A stretch of 64,000 nt of DNA from an uncultured Planctomycetota bacterium (GCA_963823665.1 CAWGMQ010000003.1:1344001-1408000), one strand, 5' to 3'. Positions 1 to 11,556 are shown, counted from the first letter of the stretch. The notes: generated from the letters alone by a model not told the origin. Translations and numbers: made by a program.

Positions 1-1
1 C

Positions 2-3000
2 CATCGCCTGGCCGAGCCGCTCCGACCACAAGAGTCGGGCGGCGCCAACGGCCAGAACGGGACGGACCGAATCGACCCGGATCCCCTGGCGGCTATTCTC
101 GCCGAGTTGGCGACATTCCCACCCGTACCCGAGGGCGATCACGACTTGCGCGATTACGAGGTGCTGGACGAGATCGCGCGTGGCGGGATGGGTGTCGTCT
201 ACCGGGCTCGACAGCGGAGCCTGAACCGCCTGGTTGCACTCAAGGTGATCCGAGACGGTGTGAGTGCGACCGAGGACGACGCGCGGCGGTTCCGCAACGA
301 GGCCGAGGCGGTCGCCAACCTCGACCACCCGCACATCGTGCCGATCTACGAGGTCGGCGACCATCGTGGCTGCCGCTTCTTCAGCATGAAGCTCGTCGAA
401 GGAGGGAACCTGGCGGAACGGCTCTCCGAATTCAGCGCCCAACCCCGCGACGCGGCCCGGTTGATGGTAACCGTCGCCCGAGCGGTCCACCACGCTCACG
501 GACGAGGAATCCTGCACCGGGACCTGAAGCCTTCCAACATCTTGATCGACGGCCAGGGCCATCCTCTCGTGGCCGACTTCGGACTGGCCCGGCGGGTCGG
601 GGCCGACAGTGAGCTTACGCAGACCGGGGCTGTGCTCGGGACGCCGTCCTACATGGCGCCGGAGCAGGCGACGGGCCGAAAGGGGGCCGTGACCACGGCC
701 ACGGACGTCCACGGCCTCGGGGCCGTTCTCTATGCGCTCTTGACGGGTAAGCCGCCGTTCCGGGGAGACTCTCCGCTCGAAACTCTCGAACTCGTCAGAG
801 AACACGTGCCGGAGCCACCCAGCGCCGTCCGGACGGGAACCGAGCGCGACCTGGAGACGATCTGCCTGAAATGCCTGGAGAAAGATCCGCGGCAGCGGTA
901 TGCGTCGGCCGAAGCGGTGGCTGAGGACCTCGAGCGCTGGCTGGACGGCAAGTCGATCCTGGCCCGGCCGCCCGCCCGCGCCGAGCGCCTGGCGCTGGTG
1001 CGGGCGCCACCCGCTACCAACGGCCCTGCTCCTCTTCACGGCCGTTCTCGCGAGCCTGATCGTCGCCGGCCTCGTTCTCGGCGCGCGGGCTCGTCAGACG
1101 ATCCACACTTTGAATGACGACCTGCTCACGAGCGAGCGCGTCCTGTCTCGCCATTACTATGCGGTCGATCTCAGTCAAGCATTCCATCTGATGAGAACGA
1201 ACCAGGTCGCCGAGGCCGTCGAGTTGCTGTCGCGGCATCGACACGAGCCCGGTCGGGCGGACGCGCGCGGATTCGAGTGGTATTTTCTGTGGCGGCTGAG
1301 CCACGTCGGTCGTCCGGCCCTGGCTGGACATCAGGGCGAGGTCTATCACGCCGTATTCTCCCGAGACGGCCAAAGTCTGGCGACCTGCAGCGGAGACAGG
1401 ACCGTTCGTCTCTGGGACGTGCCGACCGGTCATGAGCGATTGGTCATTGCCGGCCACAGCGACGACATCAACTGGGTCTCGTTCTCGCCTGAGGGCCTGA
1501 GCCTGGCAACGGCCAGTGACGATCAGACCGTCCGGCTCTGGGATGTGGATCGCGGCGTACCGAAGCGGACGCTGACGGGGCACAATGATCGCGTGGTAGC
1601 GGTTGTCTTCGCGCCGGACGGCAAGCGCCTGATTTCGTGCGGACGCAACGGGAAGGTGATTGTGTGGGACCCTGCGACATCCGAGCGGCGAGAGTCGTTC
1701 GACGTATCGAACGGGACAATCCAATCCCTGGCGATTTCCCCCGACGGCGCGACCCTGGCAATCGCCGGCGAAAAGGTCGTTCTATGGAACCTGGATGTCC
1801 GGAAGGAGGCCCGCCGGATCGGGGAAGACCACGAGCAGATTAACGGCGTTGTCTTCTCGCACGATGGGAAGGCCCTCGTCACGGGCGGCGACAGGACCGT
1901 GAGACTGTGGGAGGTTGGCACCGGGCGAAACCTGGCTGCATTCCAGGGCCATGGCGCGAGTGTGGAGGGGGTGTCGATCTCTCCCGATGATCAGACCATC
2001 GCATCGGTTGATGATTATGGACTGATTCACTTCTGGGACGTGGCCTCGGGTGCCGCCGGCAAGATCGCATCGCGGCAAGGCCGGCTCTGGTGTGCCGAGT
2101 TCTCCCCGGACGGCCAGACCCTGGCGACCTCGAGCGCCGACGGTTCGGTCAGGCTCTGGGATTCCCTCCTCGACCGTGATCGGATCTCCATCCGCATGCC
2201 ATCGCAGAAAGTCCCGACGATTTCCTTCTCAGCCGATGGAAGAAATCTGCTCGCGACGGCGGGAGAGGCTGGGAGTCTATGGACCTGGGACGCCGCTCGA
2301 GGCATTCCGCTGCCCACCCGGCGATTCGCCACGGAGGAAACAAAGGGAGACTACATGCTCTCACGGGACGGCTCCGTGCTGGCGACCGTCGATTCCAAGG
2401 GCCGCATCAGGCAATGGCAAGTTCAGGATGGCCGTTGCGTTTCGTCCCCGCCACTTGACGGCATTGTGGTCTCGATCATGGCGATCGCCCCCCAAGGAAA
2501 CGCATTCGCCACCACCGATTTCGCGGGCACGGTATCCTGTTGGGCCCAAGGGAGAGGGTTGGCGCGAACCAACTACTCGTTGAGCTGCGAGACATTCTCC
2601 CCGGATGGTCATTCCCTCGCATTTGCTCAGTGGGGTTCTGTGGGCCCATCACTCTGGGACTTGACGATCGACGCGATTCGACCCCAAGGACTGCCCGGTC
2701 ATAAAGGTGCGGTCACCGCGATGGAGTTTTTCCCCGATGGCCGGAGTCTGGCCACGGGAGGGATCGACAAGACGATCAAGATCTGGGACGTCGCGACCCT
2801 GGAAGCCCGGTTGAACCTGGTCGGACACACCGGCGAAGTCAAAGCTCTGGCAATCGCACCCCAGGGAGGAACGATCGCGTCAGCCGCCCTCGATTCCACG
2901 CTCAAACTCTGGCGGGACGGATTGCCAGAAGCCATCCTGACGATCGATGATTACAATGGGTTCATCGAGCGCATCCGTTTCTCATCCGATGGGTCGACCC

Positions 3001-3107
3001 TGGCGACCTGCGCGAAGCTGTCCGCGAAAGAATACCAGGTGTTTCTCTGGCCGTCGGCACCCCGGGATGGCGAGACCGCATCGGAAATCTCGCCGCACCG
3101 GCCTTGA
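2..3107 (+). CDS. Hanks-type Ser/Thr protein kinase with TM segment and C-terminal WD40 repeats (5'-truncated by window; frameshift near 990)
   Basis: Frame is open from nt 2. Kinase motifs [34 protein letters not shown] lie in ORF 107-1117. ORF 900-3107 continues with WRWCGRHP, the hydrophobic stretch LLLFTAVLASLIVAGLVLG and many GH...WD repeats. Confidence 0.9.
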
Positions 3108-3496
3108 TCGGACCGGCCGAAGGGATTGCACGGTGTTCGTACACCCTGGCACCGCGCCAGCCGGCGCGGCGGCCCAAGAGAATGAAGGCTGGAAAGTCCG
3201 AGCTACACCTGCACGGGATGTCATTTCGAAGATACTTCCGGAATCCGCGCTAGACTTTCCCGTCTCGTGCATCTCCACCCTTGAAGGATGTGACGTTGTC
3301 GTCGCCGGCTTGCCGGTTCCGATCGTTGTGCGCGCGTCGAGATGACTTTTGGCCGACGAGGGGGTCGGATCAACCCCATGAAGCTCAACGAGGAGTGCCG
3401 GTTCGGTGTGAGAGAGGATGCCGCGTGTCTGCGATCGCTGCTCCGGCCGGAAGCGCTTACTTTGGTCTATCGTTCGCCATCTTGAGGAATTGACTG

Positions 3497-6400
3497 ATGT
3501 CTTTGCACCCGATTTTCGACGGACGCGAACCAGGCTCCCGTACGCACAGACCGAGGACCGCGCCCCGCCGGGCAGCGAACAAGACCCGGCGGACCTTCCG
3601 ACCGCGCCCTGACTTCCTGGAAGATCGCACGTTGCTGGCGACCGTGACCTGGATGGGCACCACAGGCGGCGACTGGAATGACGGTTCGAACTGGAGCACC
3701 GGGACAGTACCAGCCGCGACCGACGACGCTGTCATCCTGGACAGTGATATCACGGTCACTGTCTCGGGCTCGACGGAGATCAATCAACTCACCAGTCAGG
3801 CCGCCATCGACATCACCGGGTCGTTTACAGTCGACGGTCAATCGACGATTGATAACGCCCTGACGATCGAGCCCGGCGCTACCCTGACCGGCGCGGGCGA
3901 CGTCACGGCCACCGGACTCGTCACCTGGGGGACCGGCAGCACTCTCAGCGGCACCGGCACCCTCGACGCCCAGGGTGGGATGACCATCGAGACTGACCAG
4001 ACCAGCAGGAACAATCTGGACCAGCGGACGTTGATCAATGACGGCACCGCCGTCTGGACCGGCGACGGCGACATCTATGCGTCGCGATCCGCCGTCTTCG
4101 ACAACCTCGGCACGCTCGACCTGACCAGCGACGCGGAGATGTCCGGCGACTTCGGAGGCGACCCCAATTACCCGATCCCTCCGCTGTTCATCAACACCGG
4201 TACGGTGGTCAAGAGCGTCGGCGCGGCGGGCGGGTTAAGCGAACTGAGCATCGACTTCCTAACCACGGGCACGGTCCACGTCGAGCAGGGCAGCCTGAGC
4301 CTCGGAAGCAACTTCGTGGGGACGAGCACCGGGCAGCTCATCGGCGATCCCGGCACGTCGCTCGAATTGGAAGGCCTCGACCTGGACGCCAACTCGTCCG
4401 TCTCCGGCGATACCGTGAGCCTCTACTTCGTCAACGACGCCGGCAGCTACTCGGCCGCCAGCGGCACCTACGCCTACTACGCCTCGCTCACCGGACCGGT
4501 CACCTCGGTGGGCAGCTACCTCGACGAGGCCAGGTACCTCGACTATAGCCCGGCCTCAGGCGTCTCGCCGACATCGATCACCACCGGCACCCTGACCATC
4601 GAGCCCGGCAGCACCCTCACCGGCTCGGGCAACATCACGGCCACCGGGCCCTTCTCCTGGGGCACCGGCGGCACCCTCAGCGGCACCGGCACCCTCGACG
4701 CCCAGGGTGGGATGACCATCGAGACTGACCAGACCAGCAGGAACAATCTGGACCAGCGGACGTTGATCAATGACGGCACCGCCGTCTGGACCGGCGACGG
4801 CGACATCTATGCGTCGCGATCCGCCGTCTTCGACAACCTCGGCACGCTCGACCTGACCAGCGACGCGGAGATGTCCGGCGACTTCGGAGGCGACCCCAAT
4901 TACCCGATCCCTCCGCTGTTCATCAACACCGGTACGGTGGTCAAGAGCGTCGGCGCGGCGGGCGGGTTAAGCGAACTGAGCATCGACTTCCTAACCACGG
5001 GCACGGTCCACGTCGAGCAGGGCAGCCTGAGCCTCGGAAGCAACTTCGTGGGGACGAGCACCGGGCAGCTCATCGGCGATCCCGGCACGTCGCTCGAATT
5101 GGAAGGCCTCGACCTGGACGCCAACTCGTCCGTCTCCGGCGATACCGTGAGCCTCTACTTCGTCAACGACGCCGGCAGCTACTCGGCCGCCAGCGGCACC
5201 TACGCCTACTACGCCTCGCTCACCGGACCGGTCACCTCGGTGGGCAGCTACCTCGACGAGGCCAGGTACCTCGACTATAGCCCGGCCTCAGGCGTCTCGC
5301 CGACATCGATCACCACCGGCACCCTGACCATCGAGCCCGGCAGCACCCTCACCGGCTCGGGCAACATCACGGCCACCGGGCCCTTCTCCTGGGGCACCGG
5401 CGGCACCCTCAGCGGCACCGGCACCCTCGACGCCCAGGGTGGGATGACCATCGAGACTGACCAGACCAGCAGGAACAATCTGGACCAGCGGACGTTGATC
5501 AATGACGGCACCGCCGTCTGGACCGGCGACGGCGACATCTATGCGTCGCGATCCGCCGTCTTCGACAACCTCGGCACGCTCGACCTGACCAGCGACGCGG
5601 AGATGTCCGGCGACTTCGGAGGCGACCCCAATTACCCGATCCCTCCGCTGTTCATCAACACCGGTACGGTGGTCAAGAGCGTCGGCGCGGCGGGCGGGTT
5701 AAGCGAACTGAGCATCGACTTCCTAACCACGGGCACGGTCCACGTCGAGCAGGGCAGCCTGAGCCTCGGAAGCAACTTCGTGGGGACGAGCACCGGGCAG
5801 CTCATCGGCGATCCCGGCACGTCGCTCGAATTGGAAGGCCTCGACCTGGACGCCAACTCGTCCATCTCCGGCGATACCGTGAGCCTTTACTTCGTCAATG
5901 ACGCCGGCAGCTACTCGGCCGCCAGCGGCACCTACGCCTACTACGCCTCGCTCACCGGATCGGTCACCTCGGTGGGCAGCTACCTCGACGATGCCAGATA
6001 CCTCGACTATAGCCCGGCCGCCGGCGTGGTGCCGACGTCCATCACCACCGGCGCACTGACCATCGAGCCCTATGCCACCCTGACCGGCTCGGGCGACGTC
6101 ACGGCCACCGGTCTTTTCATGTGGGGGACCGGCGGCACCCTCAGCGGCACCGGCACCCTCGACGCCCAGGGCGGGATGACCATCGACTGCTCGGGACCTT
6201 ACGACAGCGCGCTCGACCAGCGGACGCTGATCAACGAAGCCACCGCCGTCTGGACCGGCGACGGCACCATCGTCGCCACTCGCGGGTCCGTCTTCGACAA
6301 CCTCGGCTCGCTCGATCTCCAGGGCGATGTGCGGATGTACTGGGACGATGGTTCCTATCCCGACTATCCGACCGCTTCGGAATTCATCAACGCCGGCTCG

Positions 6401-9400
6401 GTCGTCAAGAGTGTCGGCGCCACCACCGGCGAAAGTGACCTGACGATGCCGTTCCTGAATACCGGCACGGTTGATGTCCAGCAAGGCACCCTCAGCGTCG
6501 GCGGCGAGGGCCTGGCCGGAACCAGCACCGGGCAGCTCCTCGGCGATCCCGGCACCTCCCTCGAGCTGCAAGACCTCGACCTGGACGCCAACTCGTCCGT
6601 CTCCGGCGATACCGTGAGCCTCTACTTCGTGAACGACGCCGGCAGCTACTCGGCGACCAGCGGCACCTACGCCTACTACGCCTCGCTCACCGGATCGGTC
6701 ACCTCGGTGGGCAGCTACCTCGACGATGCCAGATACCTCGACTATAGCCCGGCCGCCGGCGTGGTGCCGACGTCCATCACCACCGGCGCACTGACCATCG
6801 AGCCCGGCGCCACCCTGACCGGCTCGGGCGACGTCACGGCCACCGGTCTTTTCATGTGGGGGACCGGCGGCACCCTCAGCGGCATCGGCACCCTCGACGC
6901 CCAGGGCGGGATGACCATCGACTGCTCGGGACCTTACGACAGCGCGCTCGACCAGCGGACGCTGATCAACGAAGCCACCGCCGTCTGGACCGGCGACGGC
7001 ACCATCGTCGCCACTCGCGGGTCCGTCTTCGACAACCTCGGCTCGCTCGATCTCCAGGGCGATGTGCGGATGTACTGGGACGATGGTTCCTATCCCGACT
7101 ATCCGACCGCTTCGGAATTCATCAACGCCGGCTCGGTCGTCAAGAGTGTCGGCGCCACCACCGGCGAAAGTGACCTGACGATGCCGTTCCTGAATACCGG
7201 CACGGTCGATGTCCAGCAAGGCACCCTCAGCGTCGGCGGCGAGGGCCTGGCCGGAACCAGCACCGGGCAGCTCCTCGGCGATCCCGGCACCTCCCTCGAG
7301 CTGCAAGACCTCGACCTGGACGCCAACTCGTCCGTCTCCGGCGATACTGTGAGCCTCTACTTCGTCAACGACGCCGGCAGCTATTCAGCCGCCAGCGGCA
7401 CCTACGCCTACTACGCCTCCCTCACCGGACCAGTCACCTCGGTGGGCAGCTACCTAGACGATGCGAGATACCTCGATTATAGCCCGGCCTCAGGCGTCAT
7501 GCCGACATCGATCACCACCGGCACCCTCGCGATCGAGCCCGGCGGCATCCTGACCGGCTCGGGCGACATCACGGCCACCGGGCCCTTCTCCTGGGGAATC
7601 TACTCGACGCTCGAGGGGATGACGGTCGACGCGATGGGTGGGATCTCGATGCAGGATGACGGGAACCGACAGCTCGTCGACGCGACGGTGAACAACTACG
7701 GCGTGGCTGACTTCGTCGGGCCGACCTTCAGCTACATCTTGATGATCGGGGGATCGTTCCACAACGAGTCCACCGGCACCCTGAACCTCGGCGGCACCGA
7801 ACCGTACTTCGCGATCGGCGGCCCGGGCGCCGACGGGTCGCAGCCGACGTTCATCAACGACGGGACAATGGTCCAAGATGCCACGACCGGGACCTTCTTC
7901 GAAATGCCGGTCGTCAACACCGGATCGATGAACGTCGTGCAGGGCACACTCGGACTGACCGCCTCCAACTCCGGTACCGTGACGGTTGCGGCAGGGGCCG
8001 CACTCAGCTCCGATGACTACACGCAAACGGCAGGCTCGACCATTCTCAACGGCGGGGAATTTGACGGCGGCACATTCACCCTGAGCGGCGGTATCCTCAG
8101 CGGTTATGGGACGGTCAATGCCAACATCGCGAACGCGGAACAGGTCATCGCCGGCGGCACTGGCGCCGCCGGGGTGCTCACGATCAACGGCGATTACACC
8201 CAGACCCCTTCTGGCTCCCTCGACGTCGAGATCGGCGGCACGGCGGCCGGCACTCAGTACGACCAGCTCGAGGTCACCGGGCAGGCGGCCCTCGCCGGCA
8301 CGCTCAGCATCAGCCTGCTGACCGGTTTTTCGCCGACGCTCGGCCAGACGTTCACGATCGCCAGCGCCAATCCTCTGAGCGGCACCTTCACCAACGTAGA
8401 CGAGTCCGCGGTCACCGGGCCCGTGGCCTTCCAGCCCACCTATACGGGTACGAGCGTGGTACTCGTCGCGGAAGAGAGCAGCACGACGACCGTCACCTCC
8501 TCCGCGAATCCGGCCGTATTCGGTCAGTCCGTCACGTTCACCGCCAAGGTCAAAGCCGCCGCGCCCAACAAGGGAGCGCCCACCGGCTCGGTGACGTTCC
8601 TTGATGGCTCGACCACCTTGGGAACCGCCACGCTCATCGGCGGCAAGGCGACCTTCGTAACCAGCTCGCTCCCGGTGGGCGCCGGCGCGATCACCGTGGT
8701 TTACAGCGGCGACACGGCCTTCGCTACCAGCAGCTCGGCACCCCTGACCCAGACCGTCAACCAGGACGCCAGCTCCACGACGGTCACCTCATCAGCCAAC
8801 CCGTCGGTCTATGGCCAGCCGGTGACCTTCACCGCCATGGTCTCAGCGAAAGCCCCCGGCAGCGGGACACCGACGGGAACGGTCGCCTTCTACAACGGCG
8901 CGACGCCCGTTGGCACCGGGACACTCAACGCCGCCGGCATGGCCGCCTACACCACAACCGCCTTCCAGTTGGGCGTGGGCGGCGGCCAGTCGATCACAGT
9001 CGCGTATAGCGGAGACAGCAACTTCATCAGCAGCACCTCCAGCACCTTGAAGCAGACGGTCAACAAGGACAGCACGACGACCAACGTGATGTCCTCGGCC
9101 AACCCGTCGGTGTACGGCCAATCGGTGACGTTCACGGCCACGGTGGCGGCCAACGCGCCGGGCGGCGGGACGCCGACGGGCACGGTTACATTCAAAGACG
9201 GCTCGACGACGCTGGGGACGGGCGCGCTCAGCAACGGCGGCGTGGCCACCTACACGACGGCCGCACTTCAGTTGAAGGTGGGCAATGGCGAATCGATCAC
9301 GGCGTCGTACGCCACTGACGGCAACTACGCCAGCAGCACCGGCACGCTGAGCGGCGGCCAGACGGTCAGCCAGGACAGCACGGCAACGAGCCTGGCGTCA

Positions 9401-10417
9401 TCGGTCAACCCGTCGGTCTATGGTCAGGCGGTGACCTTCACGGCCGCGGTGACGGCCAACGCGCCGGGCAGTGGGATACCCACAGGCACCGTGACCTTCC
9501 TCGACGGCTCGACGACCCTCGGGACGGGCAAGGTCAACGCCAGCGGAGTGGCCACGTACACTTCGACCGCGTTTCAGTTGAGTGTGGGTAGCGGTCAATC
9601 GATCACTGCGGTCTACGGCGGCGACGCCAATTTCGCGACCAGTACTTCGAGTACTCTGCCGCAGACGGTAGACCAGGACGGAACGACAGCGTCTGGCACG
9701 TCCGCGCCGAACCCCTCGGTCTACGGCCAGTCGGTAACCTTCAAGGCCACGTTGACAGCGAGCGCGCCGGGGAGCGGAATGCCGACGGGCACCGTCACCT
9801 TCATGGACGGCTCGATCAACCTGGGCACCGGCACGCTCAGCAGCGGGAAAACGACCGTCACCAGCAATGCGCTGCCGGCGGGCGCCGACACGATTACCGT
9901 CATGTACAGCGGAGACGGCAACTACGCGAGCACCTCGGCCGTGCTCAGTCAGACGGTCAACGCGGACGCCACGAAAAGCGTCGTCGCATCTTCGGCGAAT
10001 CCGTCAGTCTCTGGCCAGTCGGTCACATTCACGGCGACGGTCAATGCCAAGGCCCCGGGAAGCGGCACTCCTACTGGAAGCGTGAACTTCATGGACGGGG
10101 CGAACTCGATCGGGAGCGGGACGCTCGTCATCGTGAACGGCGTCGATTTAGCCACGTTCACCACCACTTCGCTGGCCGTCGGCTCGCACTCGATCACGGC
10201 GGTATACGCCGGCGACGGCAATTTCGTCACCAGCACATCTTCGATCCTGAAACAGGTCGTTCAGGAATCGAGCAGCCCGGCCGTGGTGGTCTTGCCGAAC
10301 GCCGTCGCAGGCGAAGTTCTTGGCGCGTTGCCGACCGACACAACAGCGAGCCCGCTGGTACATGACCTCGCGCTCGAGCAGGTCTCGCCGCTTACAATGA
10401 GGAAGAGCGGACGGTAA
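3497..10417 (+). CDS. Giant extracellular adhesin-like protein (2306 aa): planctomycete N-terminal motif, beta-helix-like tandem repeats, six bacterial Ig-like (group 3) domains
   Basis: RRTFRPRPDFLEDRTLLAT matches the Planc_extracel (PF07595)-type motif. G/T/S-rich 244/245-aa repeats follow. Six 'SS(A/V/P)NP(S/A)V(Y/F/S)GQxVTF..G(T/S)PTG(T/S)VxF' Ig-like units span ~8480-10265. AGGA RBS upstream. Confidence 0.88.
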   Translation: MSLHPIFDGREPGSRTHRPRTAPRRAANKTRRTFRPRPDFLEDRTLLATVTWMGTTGGDWNDGSNWSTGTVPAATDDAVILDSDITVTVSGSTEINQLTSQAAIDITGSFTVDGQSTIDNALTIEPGATLTGAGDVTATGLVTWGTGSTLSGTGTLDAQGGMTIETDQTSRNNLDQRTLINDGTAVWTGDGDIYASRSAVFDNLGTLDLTSDAEMSGDFGGDPNYPIPPLFINTGTVVKSVGAAGGLSELSIDFLTTGTVHVEQGSLSLGSNFVGTSTGQLIGDPGTSLELEGLDLDANSSVSGDTVSLYFVNDAGSYSAASGTYAYYASLTGPVTSVGSYLDEARYLDYSPASGVSPTSITTGTLTIEPGSTLTGSGNITATGPFSWGTGGTLSGTGTLDAQGGMTIETDQTSRNNLDQRTLINDGTAVWTGDGDIYASRSAVFDNLGTLDLTSDAEMSGDFGGDPNYPIPPLFINTGTVVKSVGAAGGLSELSIDFLTTGTVHVEQGSLSLGSNFVGTSTGQLIGDPGTSLELEGLDLDANSSVSGDTVSLYFVNDAGSYSAASGTYAYYASLTGPVTSVGSYLDEARYLDYSPASGVSPTSITTGTLTIEPGSTLTGSGNITATGPFSWGTGGTLSGTGTLDAQGGMTIETDQTSRNNLDQRTLINDGTAVWTGDGDIYASRSAVFDNLGTLDLTSDAEMSGDFGGDPNYPIPPLFINTGTVVKSVGAAGGLSELSIDFLTTGTVHVEQGSLSLGSNFVGTSTGQLIGDPGTSLELEGLDLDANSSISGDTVSLYFVNDAGSYSAASGTYAYYASLTGSVTSVGSYLDDARYLDYSPAAGVVPTSITTGALTIEPYATLTGSGDVTATGLFMWGTGGTLSGTGTLDAQGGMTIDCSGPYDSALDQRTLINEATAVWTGDGTIVATRGSVFDNLGSLDLQGDVRMYWDDGSYPDYPTASEFINAGSVVKSVGATTGESDLTMPFLNTGTVDVQQGTLSVGGEGLAGTSTGQLLGDPGTSLELQDLDLDANSSVSGDTVSLYFVNDAGSYSATSGTYAYYASLTGSVTSVGSYLDDARYLDYSPAAGVVPTSITTGALTIEPGATLTGSGDVTATGLFMWGTGGTLSGIGTLDAQGGMTIDCSGPYDSALDQRTLINEATAVWTGDGTIVATRGSVFDNLGSLDLQGDVRMYWDDGSYPDYPTASEFINAGSVVKSVGATTGESDLTMPFLNTGTVDVQQGTLSVGGEGLAGTSTGQLLGDPGTSLELQDLDLDANSSVSGDTVSLYFVNDAGSYSAASGTYAYYASLTGPVTSVGSYLDDARYLDYSPASGVMPTSITTGTLAIEPGGILTGSGDITATGPFSWGIYSTLEGMTVDAMGGISMQDDGNRQLVDATVNNYGVADFVGPTFSYILMIGGSFHNESTGTLNLGGTEPYFAIGGPGADGSQPTFINDGTMVQDATTGTFFEMPVVNTGSMNVVQGTLGLTASNSGTVTVAAGAALSSDDYTQTAGSTILNGGEFDGGTFTLSGGILSGYGTVNANIANAEQVIAGGTGAAGVLTINGDYTQTPSGSLDVEIGGTAAGTQYDQLEVTGQAALAGTLSISLLTGFSPTLGQTFTIASANPLSGTFTNVDESAVTGPVAFQPTYTGTSVVLVAEESSTTTVTSSANPAVFGQSVTFTAKVKAAAPNKGAPTGSVTFLDGSTTLGTATLIGGKATFVTSSLPVGAGAITVVYSGDTAFATSSSAPLTQTVNQDASSTTVTSSANPSVYGQPVTFTAMVSAKAPGSGTPTGTVAFYNGATPVGTGTLNAAGMAAYTTTAFQLGVGGGQSITVAYSGDSNFISSTSSTLKQTVNKDSTTTNVMSSANPSVYGQSVTFTATVAANAPGGGTPTGTVTFKDGSTTLGTGALSNGGVATYTTAALQLKVGNGESITASYATDGNYASSTGTLSGGQTVSQDSTATSLASSVNPSVYGQAVTFTAAVTANAPGSGIPTGTVTFLDGSTTLGTGKVNASGVATYTSTAFQLSVGSGQSITAVYGGDANFATSTSSTLPQTVDQDGTTASGTSAPNPSVYGQSVTFKATLTASAPGSGMPTGTVTFMDGSINLGTGTLSSGKTTVTSNALPAGADTITVMYSGDGNYASTSAVLSQTVNADATKSVVASSANPSVSGQSVTFTATVNAKAPGSGTPTGSVNFMDGANSIGSGTLVIVNGVDLATFTTTSLAVGSHSITAVYAGDGNFVTSTSSILKQVVQESSSPAVVVLPNAVAGEVLGALPTDTTASPLVHDLALEQVSPLTMRKSGR
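3944..7590 (+). repeat. Intragenic tandem repeat array: three 732-nt units (type A) then two 735-nt units (type B)
   Basis: Anchor CTCAGCGGCA(C/T)CGGCACCCTCGACGCCCAG recurs at 3944, 4676, 5408, 6140 and 6875 (spacing 732, 732, 732, 735). Units within a type are nearly identical at the nucleotide level. Confidence 0.95.
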
Positions 10418-10434
10418 CCGCGGAGTTAACTTAG

Positions 10435-10749
10435 TTACGGATTTCCCGCCGAGCGCCGCTTCAACAGGGCGGCACGCGAAAGTGGTTGCTTCAGTCGTTT
10501 GGCTTCGACTGTCTCCGCGGAAACGCGCATCTCCTCGACAAACTGATCGTGGTGGTCGTAGAAGTAGGTTAGAGCCGCGTAGACCTGCTCCGGTCGAAGG
10601 TCCGGATGCTGGTGCAGGATCTCTTCCGCCGACCATCCAAAGTGATAATGTTCGCCGGCCAGGTGGATCACCTTGTACCTGGTTCGGTCAATCCGCGCGG
10701 TCCCATCGGTGTCGATCGTCAGGTGCGGATAGCGAAGCTCCGTGGTCAT
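10435..10749 (-). CDS. DUF433-family putative antitoxin
   Basis: MTTELRYPHLTIDTDGTARIDRTRYKV...GWSAEEILHQHPDLRPEQVYAALTYFYDH shows the DUF433 pattern (G..RI..TR..V; G.S.EEI...P.L...V.AAL.Y). Confidence 0.85.
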   Translation of the reverse strand: MTTELRYPHLTIDTDGTARIDRTRYKVIHLAGEHYHFGWSAEEILHQHPDLRPEQVYAALTYFYDHHDQFVEEMRVSAETVEAKRLKQPLSRAALLKRRSAGNP

Positions 10750-10941
10750 CCGATTCACGTCGATCGAGCCGGCCCGTGCGCGGCCCTTATATCGGAGGAA
10801 AGGTCGAATTCGAGAATTTCGGATTTTCTTCGTGCGTTTTTGGAAATCACTGCGTCTTCTCTATTAACCCGTGATATAAGCGACGTGATTTGCTGCCAGG
10901 AACGGTCGCGCTGAATGACCTGGTCCGTGGAGGGACCGCCC

Positions 10942-11556
10942 ATGGTCGATGGTGACGCGATCATCGGTCGTTTGATCGACGAGGCGAGGCGCCAGTCGCC
11001 GGGCGTTCTGGACCGGTTGCTGGAGTCGTATCGCAACTACCTGAGGCTTCTTGCTCGCACGGGCATCGACGCATCGCTGCGGGGCAAGGCGGATCCATCC
11101 GACTTGGTCCAGGAAACGCTGCTGAAAGCCCACCAGCACTTCGGGCAGTTCCAGGGCCACACCGAGACGGAGCTGGTCGCATGGCTGCGCCGGATCCTGA
11201 CGCGAAACCTGGCCGACCTGGTCCGTCGTTTCAAAGCGGCCGGCACGCGCACAGTCGCCCGCGAGCAGTCGCTGGACGACGTGATCGGTGCGTCGTCGCG
11301 TGCCTTGCTCGAGCTGGTCGCTCCCAACGGGCATTCGCCCAGCCAGTCGGCTCAGCGGCGCGAGCTGAGCATCATCCTGGCGGATGCCCTGGCCGAGCTG
11401 GCCTCTGACCACCGGGAAGTGGTCGTGCTCCGGACCCTGGAGGGCCGGGATTGGGAGGAAGTCGCCCGCGCGATGGGCCGCAGCCCAGGCGCAGTCCGCC
11501 TGCTGTGGGCGCGGGCACTCAAGAAGTTGCGTCCCCTGATCGAGTCACGGCTATGA
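10942..11556 (+). CDS. ECF RNA polymerase sigma-70 factor, planctomycete kinase-associated type
   Basis: YRNYLRLLAR...KADPSDLVQETLLKAHQHFGQFQG..AWLRRIL (region 2) and EEVARAMGRSPGAVRLLWARAL (region 4). GGAGGG RBS. The stop overlaps the kinase start (ATGA). Confidence 0.92.
   Translation: MVDGDAIIGRLIDEARRQSPGVLDRLLESYRNYLRLLARTGIDASLRGKADPSDLVQETLLKAHQHFGQFQGHTETELVAWLRRILTRNLADLVRRFKAAGTRTVAREQSLDDVIGASSRALLELVAPNGHSPSQSAQRRELSIILADALAELASDHREVVVLRTLEGRDWEEVARAMGRSPGAVRLLWARALKKLRPLIESRL

Noticed and set aside
5723..7306. 527-aa minus-strand ORF and the many other antisense ORFs (e.g. 14746-15951, 41781-42968, 45700-46824)
   Set aside because: These are shadow ORFs opposite well-supported genes, expected in high-GC DNA, with no recognisable motifs.
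3944..7590. Long repeats as CRISPR array or mobile element
   Set aside because: The units are 732/735 nt, in frame within one ORF, with no spacers, terminal inverted repeats or cas genes.
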